A stretch of 64,000 nucleotides of DNA, from NCBI GenBank assembly GCA_964016885.1, contig OZ024740.1:106454001-106518000 (forward strand), given 5' to 3'. The notes beneath the pieces were generated by a model. The model saw nothing but the letters and a program-made list of their open reading frames with translations. It ran no database searches and had not been told where the DNA came from. This DNA is from Eledone cirrhosa (Eukaryota). Within the stretch, counting starts at the first letter, position 1. The number at the start of each line of letters is the position of its first letter. A program made the position numbers and the translations under genes. This document shows, one piece after another, positions 28,566 to 41,641 of the stretch.

Positions 28566-29745
28566 AATGAATAATAACAGGTAGACATCATAAAAAGGTA
28601 ATTTATTCCGTGTGCTTACAAGTGTTTCCACGGTGGTACTGCAGCCTAGTTCCGCTACGTGCAAATTCACAAGTACTTGCAGAACTCGAATATCCAATGC
28701 TGTGACCACTGTTTCCTCAGAGCAGAATGGTAAATGTACAATGTAAATACCCTTAAGTGGGGTTGTTGGGGAAGATAGAGTAGAACAGGAAGAGAGAAAA
28801 GTAGGGAAGAGGGAGAGAGAAAGAAAGATATGTATGGGTTGGAGAAGTAGGAGAGAGTGGCTTGTAGATATCTTAATCAAAATGTTATGGTAGGGGTTTT
28901 ATTATACTGGTTACTTTTGGAGAGATGCGTTGATAGTTAAGGTCGGAATTATTTATTGCCCCAGAGGGCAGGTTCATAGATGTTGAGAGGGAGGTAGGTC
29001 AAAGGTGAGAGAGAGAGAGTGTAATGGATGTAGAGAGAGATAGGTAGAGAGGGGACAGACAAAGTATGTGTGGTGAGTGAACTTAGGGTTTGTAGTAGTA
29101 ATCTAGGAATTGCACTGAGTTACCATGTATAGTGATAAGCAGTGTATTGTCTTGTAGTGTGGGGGGAAGAGAAGGTTGTTAGCTAGAAAGTGGTGTTATA
29201 GTTACGGGTTCGAATGTTAAGTTATTTTATAGTGAGAGAATTTAGCTTTTAGTTTGTGGTTGCAGTATAATGATCGTTCAATTCTATCGTTAAGTAGTTT
29301 GTTTTTGGATTTTAATATGTAAAATAGCTCAAGGTTACATAACCTGCAGTACTTCAATCCACTCCGATATGCACTTGCGCTGGAAAGTATATCCCATTTT
29401 AAGGTGAACTGTTGGTTGTGTTCACGGAGTTGCCAGGTCTTGTTGGCGAGCGTGGTCATAAAACGGTGATTCGGATGTTTGATTGAGAATCGATGACGGT
29501 ACCATCGAGATTTAAACGATGTGGTGGTAGATCCGATATAATACCATTTCTGGCCGTTCGATTCAACCGTGCATTAGTAAACAATGTTGGACTTCAGGCA
29601 TTCATTCTGCAATGGACATCTTTCAGGTAGATGGCAGTTACATTCTTGGATAATCCTATACCTAATATATATATATATATATATATACCTTATGGTCCTT
29701 CAGGTTGAAGGTGGGGGTAGCGGTATAATCGGCTCGGTTCTATCG
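28560..29745 (-). mobile_element. Penelope-like element 3' fragment (GIY-YIG, 3' UTR, pLTR)
   Basis: ECNCHLPERCPLQNECLKSNIVY*CTV...KWYYIGSTTTSFKSRWYRH...CRLCNLELFYI...LLNDRIE...CNH, stop at 29217. Flanked by (TA)n. Confidence 0.88.
28613..28724 (-). ncRNA. Hammerhead with large stem II insertion in the Penelope pLTR
   Basis: tgct CTGAGGA a-ac-a-gtggt...accac-c-gt-g GAAA cacttg TA agca, ~500 bp downstream of the GIY-YIG stop. Confidence 0.65.
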
Positions 29746-30099
29746 TCTATATATATATATATATATATATATCAGTTCCCGTCCCACCCTTGCAAGCAGG
29801 GAAAAGCGGACGTAAAATGAAATGATGATGATATATGTGTGTGTGTGTGTGTGTGTGTTTGTATATATACACACACACATGAGAAATCACCAAGATACAT
29901 TATTAATACATTATTCATTTGATTTACACGTTTCATTCTCTAGAGATATACTTTACAATACCTTGTGCGTATATATATATATATACATGCTTCCATAGGC
30001 TTTATAAAATTACGTTTATAAAACTATATACTGAGGTTAAATTTGATTATAACTTCAGTAAATACTACTGTATTTGCACTAACTACAGACAGGTTATAT

Positions 30100-30289
30100 T
30101 GGTTTCTTACATAGGCACAAAGCCAGTGATTTTGGGGGAGGGGAAAGTCGATTAAATCGAGCCCAGTTCGTGACTGGTACTTTATTTTATCGACCTCGGC
30201 GGGATTTGAACTCAGATCATAAAGGGCTGTAACTCTTTGCTGCAAAGCATGGCGTCCGACTCTCTATCGATACTGCCAATCCACCGCCC
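30100..30289 (-). mobile_element. tRNA-derived SINE inserted in an older fold-back element (29880-30700)
   Basis: Reverse complement of the 9966 SINE with an internal deletion. Host arms at ~29880-30080 and ~30290-30670. Confidence 0.8.
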
Positions 30290-30829
30290 TTGACATAGGT
30301 TATATTAATATCAGAATAGGAGTGCTAATAATACCCGTTAGAACAATTACTTTTAAAAGTACCGTTAAATAATTCTAGCAATTTCAGCCTTCCATAACCT
30401 TAGAAAAAAAACTTTGTTTACAGTTTGTCGGTACAACCATGTTGGTACGCACATGCATCGATCGGTAATTAAACACTTTTTAATATGTTGTATATAATTT
30501 CTCCTGATGATCTCTCTGTAAAGGTAGTGTAAAGAATATCTTTAGAGAATAAAACATGTGTAGATCAAATAAATAATTGTTTCTACTTTAGGCACAAGGC
30601 CAGCAAATACCTAGTGCATTACTGGTAGATCAAATAAATAATGTATCAATTGTTGAAACTTGGTGATCTATTCTTATGTTTATATATGGTCTGAGATTAT
30701 AGATCTAAGAACAAGGAGGTGTGGTAAGATACCAGGTGGACCATATCACACCAGAGTACTCGATACTTAGGGTAGTAGAGTGGGTAATAGGAAAAGAGTC
30801 AGGGATCCTGACTCTTTTCCTATATATAT

Positions 30830-30936
<107 letters not shown>

Positions 30937-31045
30937 GGGGGGGGGGTATATCTATATATATATGTATATATGAGCGGAACAAGTAAACATTAAACAATCT
31001 TTTAAATAAATTAAAATACGATTTAAATATGTATCTCTTCTAGTT

Positions 31046-31125
31046 GCCATGACCGACGATTTCGCTAATCAAAAGATTGGAAATTCAGAGAATTTCCAAT
31101 GGAAAGATATAGCTCTTCAGATAGC
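31046..31125 (-). ncRNA. Type I hammerhead with extended stem II
   Basis: gctat CTGAAGA gcta...attggaaatt-ctctg-aatttccaat...tagc GAAA tcgtcgg TC atggc. Confidence 0.72.
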
Positions 31126-31252
31126 TTTTCCAAACCTACTAGATATAAATCCACGTAGATGTGGGTGTGTCGCTTTCTGCCAGGTGAATGAATCAAGCCG
31201 TTAAAATGACCACCACACAAATGGGCCTTTAGAAATATATATATATATATAT

Positions 31253-31770
31253 ATGAAAACAGGAAGAAAGAGACGATTATTAGGAAGAAAAAAATTAGTT
31301 TTTTCCTTTTTCGTTTCTCTCTCTCTCTTTTTTCTGGGTTAGAAAATTATTAAAACGAAATGTTTTACTTTGTGTGAAGTGTTAAGGTATTACTTGATTT
31401 ATTTATTATTTAACAATGGCATTTATTCATCTATTTATATATTTAATAATTGTCTATTACCGGTTTCAGCATTTTTATGCATTATCAAATGATAGTGAAA
31501 TGTATTAGTGTGGTGTCACACATGTTAAAGAGAAGGTGTAGAAAGAATAATGTTATTTACAAACAAGGTTTATGAAGTGAAAAGAAAAAAAGAAAAAAGA
31601 AAAAGAGAACGGGCATAATGTAGTGCATAAAAAGTCAAAAAGTCAATGTGGAAGAAAAAATAATGTTATTTACAGGCTTAGTTCTTGAAGTTAAGCAGAT
31701 CAAAATGTGTTAATATAGCAAGAGTGCTTAGTTGATCCATGATTCCATAATGGAGGCAAATGGTGGACTA
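31253..31770 (-). mobile_element. Solo 3' UTR/pLTR of the Penelope family at 59270-60449
   Basis: Reverse-complement homologue of ~59905-60449. Confidence 0.85.
31453..31492 (-). ncRNA. Minimal hammerhead, U3-A8 core
   Basis: tcat TTGATAA t-gcat aaaa atgc-t GAAA ccgg TA ataga. Short, bulged stem I. Confidence 0.62.
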
Positions 31771-31817
31771 TATATATATAGTAATTAATGGAAAATATAT
31801 CACTATAGCATCATATT

Positions 31818-31877
31818 TATTTTATTATACATATTTCAAGGTTACTAAATTATAGTATGCTTTCATCAGATAAAATA
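31818..31877 (-). ncRNA. Minimal type I hammerhead in fold-back 31780-32004
   Basis: tattttat CTGATGA aag-ca-tacta taatt tagta-ac-ctt GAAA tatgta TA ataaaata. Perfect 8-bp stem I. Confidence 0.8.
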
Positions 31878-32004
31878 CAATATTTGATGTATAAGATAAT
31901 GACATATCCAAAATATAGACCTCAGTTGACTGTTCAAATCTATATTTTGGGTATGTCATTATCTTATACATCAAATATTGTATTTTATCTGATGAAAGCA
32001 TACT

Positions 32005-33195
32005 AAGCAGGCTCCACTGGTGAGGAGATCCGTCTGCTGTCAGCACCCTACCTACGGAATGCTGGGAATGCCGTGGCTGATAATGCGCAAACACGCGCTG
32101 AGGCTACGGCATCTCCAGGTATTCCTCACCGAACAACCGGTGTGGGCCCCGTTTGTGAGACAGGCCTTCCCACAACTTGTCTCGCTAACGAAAGTGCAGT
32201 CCTGGGTCAAGCGGAGACTGAAGAAAATGGGCGCCTGGCACATTGAATGTACTCAGGCACTCACAGTCCTCTGTCAAGCCGACACAGCAATCAGTGGAGA
32301 CTCCACTGCGACATTCTATAGAGGGTTAGTACGTCACAAGTGCGACGACGTGCTCGGAGAAACTCTGGGCGTCGAAGACGACGAGATCACCAGTCTGTTC
32401 GGTAGAACTTTCCGCCCGGGACCTATGGACAACTTCCGAAGGTCCCTGGTCTGGCAGTGCTACCGAGGAGCTCTACTGGTTCGTGACAAGATCTACAGGC
32501 ACGGACGCCCCGGCAGGGATCCTTCCAAGAGGACGTGCCCAAAATACTGGCAGGACATTGAAACCGTCCTGCACGCAATTGTACACTGCCCGGGCGTAAC
32601 CGACCTGCGGAACTATGCGGAACAACTGCTGTCGAGTATGGGACAAATCCAGTTGACTGCCGAGTCCATAGTAAGGATCAAACTGCCAACTTCTTTCAAA
32701 AACGAAAGAGAGGCGGTTTTCCTCTGTGTAATGGCTATGGTGAAAGAGGTTATATGGTGGACGAGATTGAGAGGACTGAGGACAGATACCTTTCTCTCCG
32801 GACAACAACTCATTCCCTTCTTTAGGTACCACTTTAGAAGGAGAATCAGAGTGGGGAGAGAGACACTGCATCCCAGTACATTTACTGAAAAGTGGATGAA
32901 TGTAGCAAAAATGGCCCGAGTGATTGGGCCTTCTCTGTATATAAACCTATAGGTTGAAGAAGAGAACAAAAGGGAAAAGGAACACTTGCACAACATGCTT
33001 CTGGAGTTGAGGGTTGTTCTATTGACGGGGTATTAAACAACCCATTTGTAACGCCACCCCCTAGTGGGGATTTCGATTGTTAAATTTGTTTATTTTAATA
33101 ATATTTTTACACGATTGTATGTAAAATCCCCCGGCATGTGTCTTTGTCTTGTCCCCTTTTCTTGTGCGCCCTTGTGGCAAATAAAGAAATATATC
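32005..33195 (+). mobile_element. Tx1/L1-clade LINE 3' fragment
   Basis: ORF 32020-32952 is homologous to 16436-17400 (MPWLIMRKHALRLRHLQ, GPMDNF, CPK...ETVLHAIVHC). Same ggcaaataaagaaa 3' end. Confidence 0.92.
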
Positions 33196-33803
33196 TTTTT
33201 GTATATCTGTCTATTACCAATACGTCTGACTTTTATGTTGTAAGAGGGACTGTGAGAGTGAGTGGGGAAAGAGGGAAAAGGAGAGAGAGAGAGAAGCGGA
33301 GGAGGTCATAATTGGAATCTTATCTACATAGAGACCTCTTGGGTCTTTCGTTATTTCCGAATAGGTGTTCTTACATATAGGACCGAATAATAACTCATTA
33401 ATATAATTACACTATAGCGTGTCCTAGAGATGTTAACACAAGGTTGTTCTATCGTTGTCATGATATACAGCAGTAATTCAGTTTGACTAGCCAATCAAAA
33501 TACATTATCATATAATGTAAGAGAAGTTTGTTTCACAACTGTCAGCATTGAATTAGTTTGAAATTAGTCATGTGAGGCATGCGTAATCTGACAGCAGTAT
33601 TTGTGATATAACAATTGAGCCAATGTCATGGGTTAATATTTCGAGATTTACGGCAATTCTACGTACGACAGAAACAGCACAAACGAGTGAATTTTGCCTC
33701 AATTCTTTATGATAACTGATGTAGCGCTGCTTCATTTTCTGATCTAAGGTCATGTTGGCCATGTTCAATAGAAGCATTTAAATCCTATTCCGGTTTATGA
33801 CAC

Positions 33804-34070
33804 TGACTCGTGGCCTAGTGGTTAGGGTGTTGATCCCGCGATCATAAGGTCGAAAATCCAATCTATGGCCCGGTGAATGTATTCTGTCCTTGCTCAAATC
33901 ACTTTATTTCACGTTGCTCCAGTCCACTCAGCTACAAAACGAGTACCAGTAGCAGCAACAGGAAGAGATGGTGTGAGTCCTATACTCTCTTTCGCTTAAA
34001 ACCACATGAAACCGGAATAAGCACCGACCTGATGAACCACTACGCTTATGAAAGAGATTACGTTTCAGTC
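33804..34070 (+). mobile_element. Second tRNA-derived SINE family
   Basis: A-box tggcctagtggttagg, core tccttgctcaaatcactttatttcacgttgctcc, tail gaaaccgg...ctgatga. Reverse partial copy at ~34180-34260. Confidence 0.65.
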
Positions 34071-35523
34071 TGATGAGTCACTACGCACAAGAGCTTACGT
34101 TCTAGTCTGAGCCACTATGCTCAAGGGAAAACTCAACTTTTCTTAAAACATTGTAATTGCAGCCGTCAGCCCTGAGCTCGAAAGAGCAACGTGAAATAAA
34201 GTGTCTTGTGCAATAAAGTGTCTTGCGCAAGGACATAACGTATCACGCTGTCCAGGAATCCAATTGTGAGCTACTAGTCTTATTTATCCCATTCTACCAC
34301 AACAGTAGAGTATACTTCTAGGATAGTTTTGTGGTGGTCTCTGGGAGTCTTTAATCAGGTGGGCACGGTGAACTGACAGAATCATTAGAATGTTGGATAG
34401 AATGATTTGCAGTATTGGTTCCTGCTCTCTGCTCTCTAAGTTAAAATCCTATCGAGGTCATCTTTGCCTTTCAACCTTTCGAGGTCGACAAAACGTACCA
34501 GTTTAGTACTGAGGTTGATTTTCCTCTATATCATTTTCTTACTTGTCGCTTGGGATGTGTTGAGGTCAAGTGCTAATTCTCGAGTACTTTTTCACAGATT
34601 ACATTCCTCCAATTCTCTTAAACCATCTTGATCGAGCTCTGATGAGTGTCCTGGTCTGGGTTCATCTCTCAATGACGTATCCCTGGAACGAAACTTTGAA
34701 AATCAGCTCGGACTTGGCGGTCAGTAATGACACCTTGGCTATAAACAATACAAATTTTCTTATCTGTTTCTGTAGCGTCTTAATTATTCTTAAACTCGCA
34801 CAACATTACGTGTCCGATATGCACTTTTAGTGATCTTCCAACCGTCATTGGTATTTCTTCGCATTATAGATCATATACCTCTGGCTGGTGCGAGAATTTC
34901 CTCCGCTGTGACCTAACTGTTTCTTTCTTACTGCTTCCCCTTTCTCTGTATCTCTCACCTTCATTTTACCCCCTCTGCCAGTCACTCTCTCTCAGCTGGC
35001 CTCTTCCTCACACTTTCACTCACTCACTCGCTGTTACTCCCCCTCTCTCACTTCCTCCCGTTTGACTTGTGTGAAATCCTTTTCTCGCTTACATCTCACT
35101 CGGCTCGGACGGTCTGTATCTCTCCTCGTCTATGATTTGATCGAACTTAAGTTCACAGATATCACGGACTTGTTTCTCCTCTTCCTCTCTTTCCGTTGCA
35201 TTACCATCTCTGTTTGTTTACATGTCTCGCTCGCTTCATCCTATTTTACGTGTCCCAATAACTTTTTTTAGTTATTGCTCGCACCAGCCAGAGGTATATT
35301 ATCTTTAATGCGAAGAAATACCAATGACGGTTGGAAGATCACTGATGACGGTCTAAATTTATTCATATGTATCCCATTTGCAACACGCAACACGCCATTT
35401 TTCACATATATATATATTGTGTGAATAATAATTATTGATAAACTCCAATATATATATATATGTTGTGTGCGTGTGTGTATGTGTGTGTGTTTGTTTGTGT
35501 CTGTTTGCATTCATATATATATA

Positions 35524-35564
<41 letters not shown>

Positions 35565-35595
35565 AATGCAAAGACTAAAATCCATCAATAATCGG

Positions 35596-36047
35596 CGGTT
35601 CGTTTGCAAGCAAATAGCCTCATTACGCCATGTGCTTAAAACGACCAACGTCATGCTTTTGTTCCAGCATAATTAGGCTATTTAATGAGGCTATATGCTT
35701 GCAAACGAACCGAATATTAATAATATTATTATTTACTCCCGAATGTATTTACGTAACCGCCATGTTAGAGAAAAAATAAATATTGTTTTTAACTTTCGAC
35801 AAAGCCAGCCTTAAAATCACTCGCTATGCAAATTAGGCTAATTTGCCGATGTATAATTTAGAGATTACTCTATATTCTCAACAGTTCCAGTGTGTAGCAG
35901 AAGGGAGAGAAATACAGTCTTGATAAGGGGCAATAACCGTGAAACAAATGTAGATTGTTTTTCTCTCTGCCACCGCTGGAACAAAAGGATGTCGTTAGTT
36001 GTCTTGAAAACATAGTGTAATGAGGCTGTTTGTTTGAAAACGAACCG
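35596..36047. mobile_element. MITE-like element with terminal inverted repeats
   Basis: cggttcgtttgcaagcaaatagcctcatta (35596) versus taatgaggctatatgcttgcaaacgaaccg (to 35712). A second right end finishes at 36047. Confidence 0.6.
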
Positions 36048-36082
36048 AATATTAATATTATTTTATAATATTATTATTATTC

Positions 36083-36272
36083 AGTGGTGAATTGGCAGTA
36101 TCAGTTGAGGGTCGGACGCTATGCTTTGCAGCACAGTTACGTCCCTTTACGGACTGAGTTCAAATCCCGCCGGCCGAGGTTAACTTTGCCTTTCATCTTT
36201 ACGGAGTCGATAAAATAAAGTAGCAGTAATGCACTGGGTAATTGCTGGCCTTGTGCCAAAAATAGAAACAAT
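36083..36272 (+). mobile_element. tRNA-derived SINE
   Basis: Same family as 9763. Confidence 0.85.
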
Positions 36273-36536
36273 TATTATTATTCACTCACGAATGCAAATA
36301 AATATCGTTTTTCACATAAACAATATAAAAGAATTATAAAGATAAGTGGATAAGTTAAACACAGCTCAAAATAGAGTAATTTATTATAAAAGCAATACAA
36401 TAGGCTATGTATAGCCTTTCAAAGGAATTTTCAAAAAAGACATGTATACAAAATCCTATTGTGCTAAAAATAACAATTACACTAGAAGCAAATTATTCAT
36501 TAAAATTGACACCAAATACAATTAATACATTAAATG

Positions 36537-36583
36537 CCGATTTACGAACGTTTCATCCCCTTCCTGGGACTTTTCAAAACCAG
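36537..36583 (-). ncRNA. Minimal hammerhead, U3-A8 core
   Basis: ctggtt TTGAAAA gtccc aggaag gggat GAAA cgttcg TA aatcgg. Confidence 0.68.
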
Positions 36584-36696
36584 TTATTTAATAATAAAGC
36601 CTCATTATAATCTCACCAAAGCAATCAACAGCTAGCAGTTACAGAAAATGTTTACATTTTTTTTTATTGAAAATGATGCCATTATGTGTAGAAAAA

Positions 36697-36885
36697 CGGT
36701 GGATTTGCAGTATCGGTAGAGAGTCGGAAACCATGCTTTGCAGCATAGAGTTACGACCCTTTACGGTCTGAGTTCAAATCCTGCTGAGGTTAACTTTGCC
36801 TTTCATCCTTTACGGGGTCGATAAAATAAAGCACCAGTAATACACTTGGGTAATTGCTGGCCTTGCGCCAAAACTTGAAACAAAT
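36697..36885 (+). mobile_element. tRNA-derived SINE
   Basis: Same family as 9763. Confidence 0.85.
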
Positions 36886-37368
36886 ATGTATAGAAAAGCA
36901 ATGTTGTTCAACTACAGAAATACAACGTCAAACCACCCTAGCACATTACTATAGAAATTAGTTATTTCATATGATAAATATAAGAGAAAAATATAAACTT
37001 GATAAAAATTGATGTATACATAAATACACACACACGCGCGCGCGCACACGCACGCACACGCACGCACACATATATAGAAATATAGATATATACATTCATG
37101 AACATATATATATATACATATATATACACACATACATTCACCTCTACCTACATACACACAAACTTAAATATATACACGTATATATAGATATACACCCAGT
37201 TATATGTACATAAATAACATACATGCACCCACACATAGATATATACACGTATATATAGATACACACCCACTTATACAAACATAAAAACATACATAATCAC
37301 ATACAAATGCATACGCTCACATACACATATGTACAAATACATATATATATATATACACACACACACAC

Positions 37369-37399
<31 letters not shown>

Positions 37400-37623
37400 A
37401 ACGGAAAAAATGAAACCAAATTTCATTTCCAATATATATCTGTGCATGTATATATATATACATACTACTGTACATCTGTATACATATATGTATGTACGTA
37501 CTTATCGTTTTCGGTATGCCTGACCGATTTAACTCACTCAATATGCAAATTAGGCTGCTCAGCCGTTAATTTTCATAAGGAAAGTATATACTTTCGAACG
37601 TTCAACTATCTGGCAGATGGGTA

Positions 37624-37668
37624 AACGGTGCTGATGATAGCTAACAAGCTTGAAACTAGTACATCGTT
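37624..37668 (+). ncRNA. Minimal type I hammerhead ribozyme
   Basis: aacggtg CTGATGA t-agct aaca agct-t GAAA ctag TA catcgtt. 7-bp stem I, palindromic stem III. Confidence 0.85.
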
Positions 37669-37821
37669 CCTGTGTCAGTGTTGAACAAAAAGGTGACGTG
37701 GTTGCCTTAACACCGTATGGCATAAATTCAGGCTGTTCAGTTTGTTTACAAACGAACAAAGCGGCGTTATAATAAGCGTCCGCTAAACTGATGCGTGCAT
37801 ATATGTATGTGTACCTGTATG

Positions 37822-37879
<58 letters not shown>

Positions 37880-37949
37880 TGCTACTGTACGTCTGTATAC
37901 ATATATGTATGTACGTATACATACATACTTACATATTTACGTATACATA

Positions 37950-37995
<46 letters not shown>

Positions 37996-38459
37996 TTATT
38001 GCCGACAGCCGTTTCGTCCGCATAGAGCTTAACTAGCTACCGTCACATATTTGGTAAGTCAGACGTGATCATCGCGATTCACATACGACCTACCATACAT
38101 CTTACTTATATATATATATATATATATATTAGTAAAAAGGAAATGCTGACAAATTTTTCCCAGTGAAAAATAGTTTAATTAGGAATAAGTATAAATTAGT
38201 AATAAGTATTGGTTAGTATTCAGTTTTAGTTTTAAGTTTTTACCAGTTGCGCATTTCTAATGCTTTTCAAAAATAATTTTGAGATAGAGCGCTTGTGATG
38301 TTTGCTCTAATCTGATATATACATATATATACACACATACATTCACCTCTACCTACACACACACAAACTGTACATGGGTGTATATCTATATATACACGTG
38401 TATATATTTAAGTATGTAGGTAGAGGTGAATGTATGTGTGTGTATATATATATATATAT

Positions 38460-39080
38460 GGCAAGTAAGTATGTTTTGAAACAGTGAGCGAGTTTGAAAT
38501 TAGAAAATATATAGCTTTTCACCGTATTTTTAACTAAAGGAATTTTAGCTTGATAACGGGGTTTAGAACCCTCAGATAAATGGAGAAAGATGAGTATTGA
38601 CGTACATGGGAGTCGAACCCACATCTGCGGTTATAGCGACCACTGTGCTACCATTACACCAACACATCACCTATCTCTTTCCATTCAAATTAGAAACTAC
38701 ATTCTTAGCGAGTTTAAATGGCAAGTAAGTATGTTTTGAAACAGTGAGCGAGTTTGAAATTAGAAAATATATAGCTTTTCACCGTATTTTTAACTAAAGG
38801 AATTTTAGCTTGATAACGGGGTTTAGAACCCTCAGATATATGGAAAAAGATGAGTATTGACGTACATGGGAGTCGAACCCACATCTTTCAAATTAGAAAC
38901 TACATTCTTAGCGAGTTTAAATGGCTAATGGTAACACAGTGGTCGCGATAACCACAGATGTGGGTTCGACTCCCATGTACGTCAATACTCATCTTTTTCC
39001 ATGTATCTGAGGGTTCTAAACCCCGTTATCAAGCGAAAATTCCTTCAATTAAAAATACGATGAAAGCTATATATTTTCTA
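38460..39080. mobile_element. tRNA-like-containing element in tandem plus inverted arrangement within (TA)n
   Basis: Unit 38460-38719, internally deleted copy 38720-38925, inverted arm 38926-39080. Relative at 63495-63655. Confidence 0.8.
38598..38668 (-). pseudogene. tRNA-like cloverleaf (repeat-derived, probably not a functional tRNA)
   Basis: gatgtgt tg gtgtaatggtagcac a gtggt cgctata accgc agat gtggg ttcgact cccat gtacgtc a. Has G at position 33 and several G-U acceptor pairs. Confidence 0.6.
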
Positions 39081-39314
39081 TATATATATATATATATACA
39101 TAGAAAAGATAACACACGGAGAGAGTGTGTGAGTTTATCAATATACAGTGTTGATAAACACACACTATCTCTCTCTCTCTCACTCATCACTCTCTCCTCT
39201 TTCTCTCTCTCTCTCTCCCTCTCTCTCTCGTGTGTTATCTTTTCTACATGTATTTGAAGAGCCTTTTCCTTTGAACACATAATATACAGGGACTAACGGG
39301 AGTCTATGACTCCG

Positions 39315-39348
<34 letters not shown>

Positions 39349-39414
39349 CAAAAAGGATATTTAACCGTTAAAATCTCCTTCCTGGATATGTCAATATTTA
39401 TAAAACAAACTTTG

Positions 39415-39474
39415 TATTTTATCTGATGAGAGCGTACCAAGTGTTGGTACCCTTGAAATATATATAATAGAATA
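39415..39474 (+). ncRNA. Minimal type I hammerhead ribozyme
   Basis: tattttat CTGATGA gagcgtaccaa gtg ttggtaccctt GAAA tatata TA atagaata. Confidence 0.82.
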
Positions 39475-39515
39475 AATGTGGTTTTATAAATATAGTTTCC
39501 ATTTATTAATATCAT

Positions 39516-39576
<61 letters not shown>

Positions 39577-39792
39577 AATAACAGGAGGCTGGACTGGTGT
39601 ACTTCCTTGAAAGCGTAATTATACTATGATCATTTCAATAACCGGGTTCAGTATGATTCCGGTGGCATCATCAGACGGGTGAGTTGCATTACGTTGAGTG
39701 CTTTCCATAATATTACATCGAGGTTGACCATACGGAATGACGAGTTCTATCCAGTGGTAAACCAACAAACCTAAATATATATATATATATAT

Positions 39793-40735
39793 ATTTCGTT
39801 TCTGAATTTGTTTAGCAAGATTCTTTATCTGAAAACGTGTGTTGAAACTGATATTGTTATACTTTGGGAGGGTCATGTTGCCAGTAAGTAACACACGCAC
39901 CAGAAGCTTTCACTTCAATTTATTATAAATTTCCGATTGGTTGGTTCCACAACCGGACGGTTGTTCATATATTGTCAAAGTTCTTTCGTCACACATTCTG
40001 TGACCTCATCGGTGACCAAGGATTCTTTTCTCTGTTTTGTGCCTCTCCTTTGTTCTGTCCTAAGCCATCTTGTTTTTGTGCGTGTTGTGTGCTTAGTTTG
40101 CGCATGTGTTACATCCGGGTGTCCGTGTGTGTTTTTATTTGTTTATTTATTTGTTTATTTGCATGTTACTAGTTGGTTGTCTGTTCTATGTGTGTGTGTT
40201 TTCATTTTGTCTTTAATTCTAAGTTGTGATGTTGCTATTCCATTCATGTTTTCTATTTAATTTTGGTTGGAGTTCATTTATGTTTATTGCCTCTGTGATT
40301 TGTCTAAACATTGCGTCTTTTATTTTTATTTCTATGTCCTCTAATTTGCCCTTATGTTCTATTTTAGCATGTTGGTGGAGTACTGATGAGTCTTTTCTAT
40401 CTTGAAGCACTCGCCAGTGTTCATTTAATCGTTCTCCTATACTACGAGCTGTCTCACCTATGTCCATTATATTCTTATCTTTACATTGTCCCTCAGTACA
40501 CCTTATGCTATATACTATGTTTCTAGTTTTGCAGTTAATATGGGGGCTTAGTTTACATATTATGCATTTCTTATCTATACAGGGAGGTCTTTGAAAAGGG
40601 TTTGTATTACTAATAAATGTTTTTATAGAGGTACCTGGTATTTCCACTGTCTTAATATTTATAATAAATTGAAGTGAAAGCAACTGGTGCGTGTGTTTTT
40701 TATTGGCATCATGACCCTCCCAAAGTATAACAATA
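39793..40735 (-). mobile_element. 5'-truncated Penelope-like element (same family as 10591-11530)
   Basis: CIDKKCIICK...CKTRNIVYSIRC...IGETARSIGERLNEH. pLTR hammerhead at 39974-40016 has core CCGATGA. Inverted arm at ~40655-40735. Confidence 0.9.
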
Positions 40736-41026
40736 TATATACATATATATAAAACTGAAATTGTCTCTGTGCGTGTGAGTCCTAATTTATGCAAAGTCTA
40801 TACAAATCCACATTTCTACTCCGATTGACTTCAAACTTGCATTTATATATTCCTTGTGGTCTAAAGATATTAACTGCAGCATTTATTTTTCAAAATTCTG
40901 TTGTTAAAGGGGTGTTAGGCGCCGGTTATCGGTCTTTCTCTCTTTCTTAGTCTGTCTTTTTAGATAGATACATAGCTATAACGTCGAGCCCTTATAATAT
41001 CTGTCTGTATGTCTGGCTGTCTGCAT

Positions 41027-41420
41027 TTCAACAGTAATACTGTACTATACTATATATTTTCAACAGTAATACTGTACTATATATTTTCAACAGTAATACT
41101 ATACTATACATTTTCAACAGTAATATTGTACTATATATTTTCAACAGTAATACTATACTATATATGTTCAACAGTAATACTATACTATATATTTTCAACA
41201 GTAATACTATACTATGTATTTTCAACAGTAATACTATACCATATATTTTCAACAGTAATACTATACTATATGTTTTCAACAGTAATATTATACTATATAT
41301 GTTCAACAGTAATACTATACTATATGTTTTCAACAGTAATATTATACTATATATGTTCAACAGTAATACTATACTATATAGGAAGTGGTGTAATACTATA
41401 CTATATGGAAGTGGTGTAGC
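41027..41420. repeat. 27-bp minisatellite, about 14 units
   Basis: Unit ttcaacagtaatactatactatatatt. Explains the periodic pseudo-ORFs at 41009, 41028 and 41164. Confidence 0.92.
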
Positions 41421-41487
41421 TAATCTTTACAATTTCTTAAACTTTTAATATGTGCTAATAAAAAATATCGCTCTTCGGGTTTATATA

Positions 41488-41539
<52 letters not shown>

Positions 41540-41580
41540 ATGATATTAATAAATGGAAACTATATTTATAAAACCATATT

Positions 41581-41641
41581 TATTCTATTATATATATTTC
41601 AAGGGTACCGAAACTTTGGTACGCTCTCATCAGATAAAATA
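41581..41641 (-). ncRNA. Minimal type I hammerhead (inverted partner of 39415)
   Basis: tattttat CTGATGA gagcgtaccaaagtttcggtaccctt GAAA tatata TA atagaata. Confidence 0.82.

Noticed and set aside
34005-34085. GAAAccgg...CTGATGA in the SINE tail as a type II hammerhead
   Set aside because: No room for stem I, and stem II pairing is absent in this copy.
38598-38668. Functional amber-suppressor tRNA (CTA anticodon)
   Set aside because: G instead of U33, weak acceptor stem, the sister copy reads CGA, and it lies in a repeat.
41027-41420. Regular 27-bp array resembling a CRISPR
   Set aside because: Contiguous units without unique spacers, eukaryotic context and no cas genes. It is a minisatellite.
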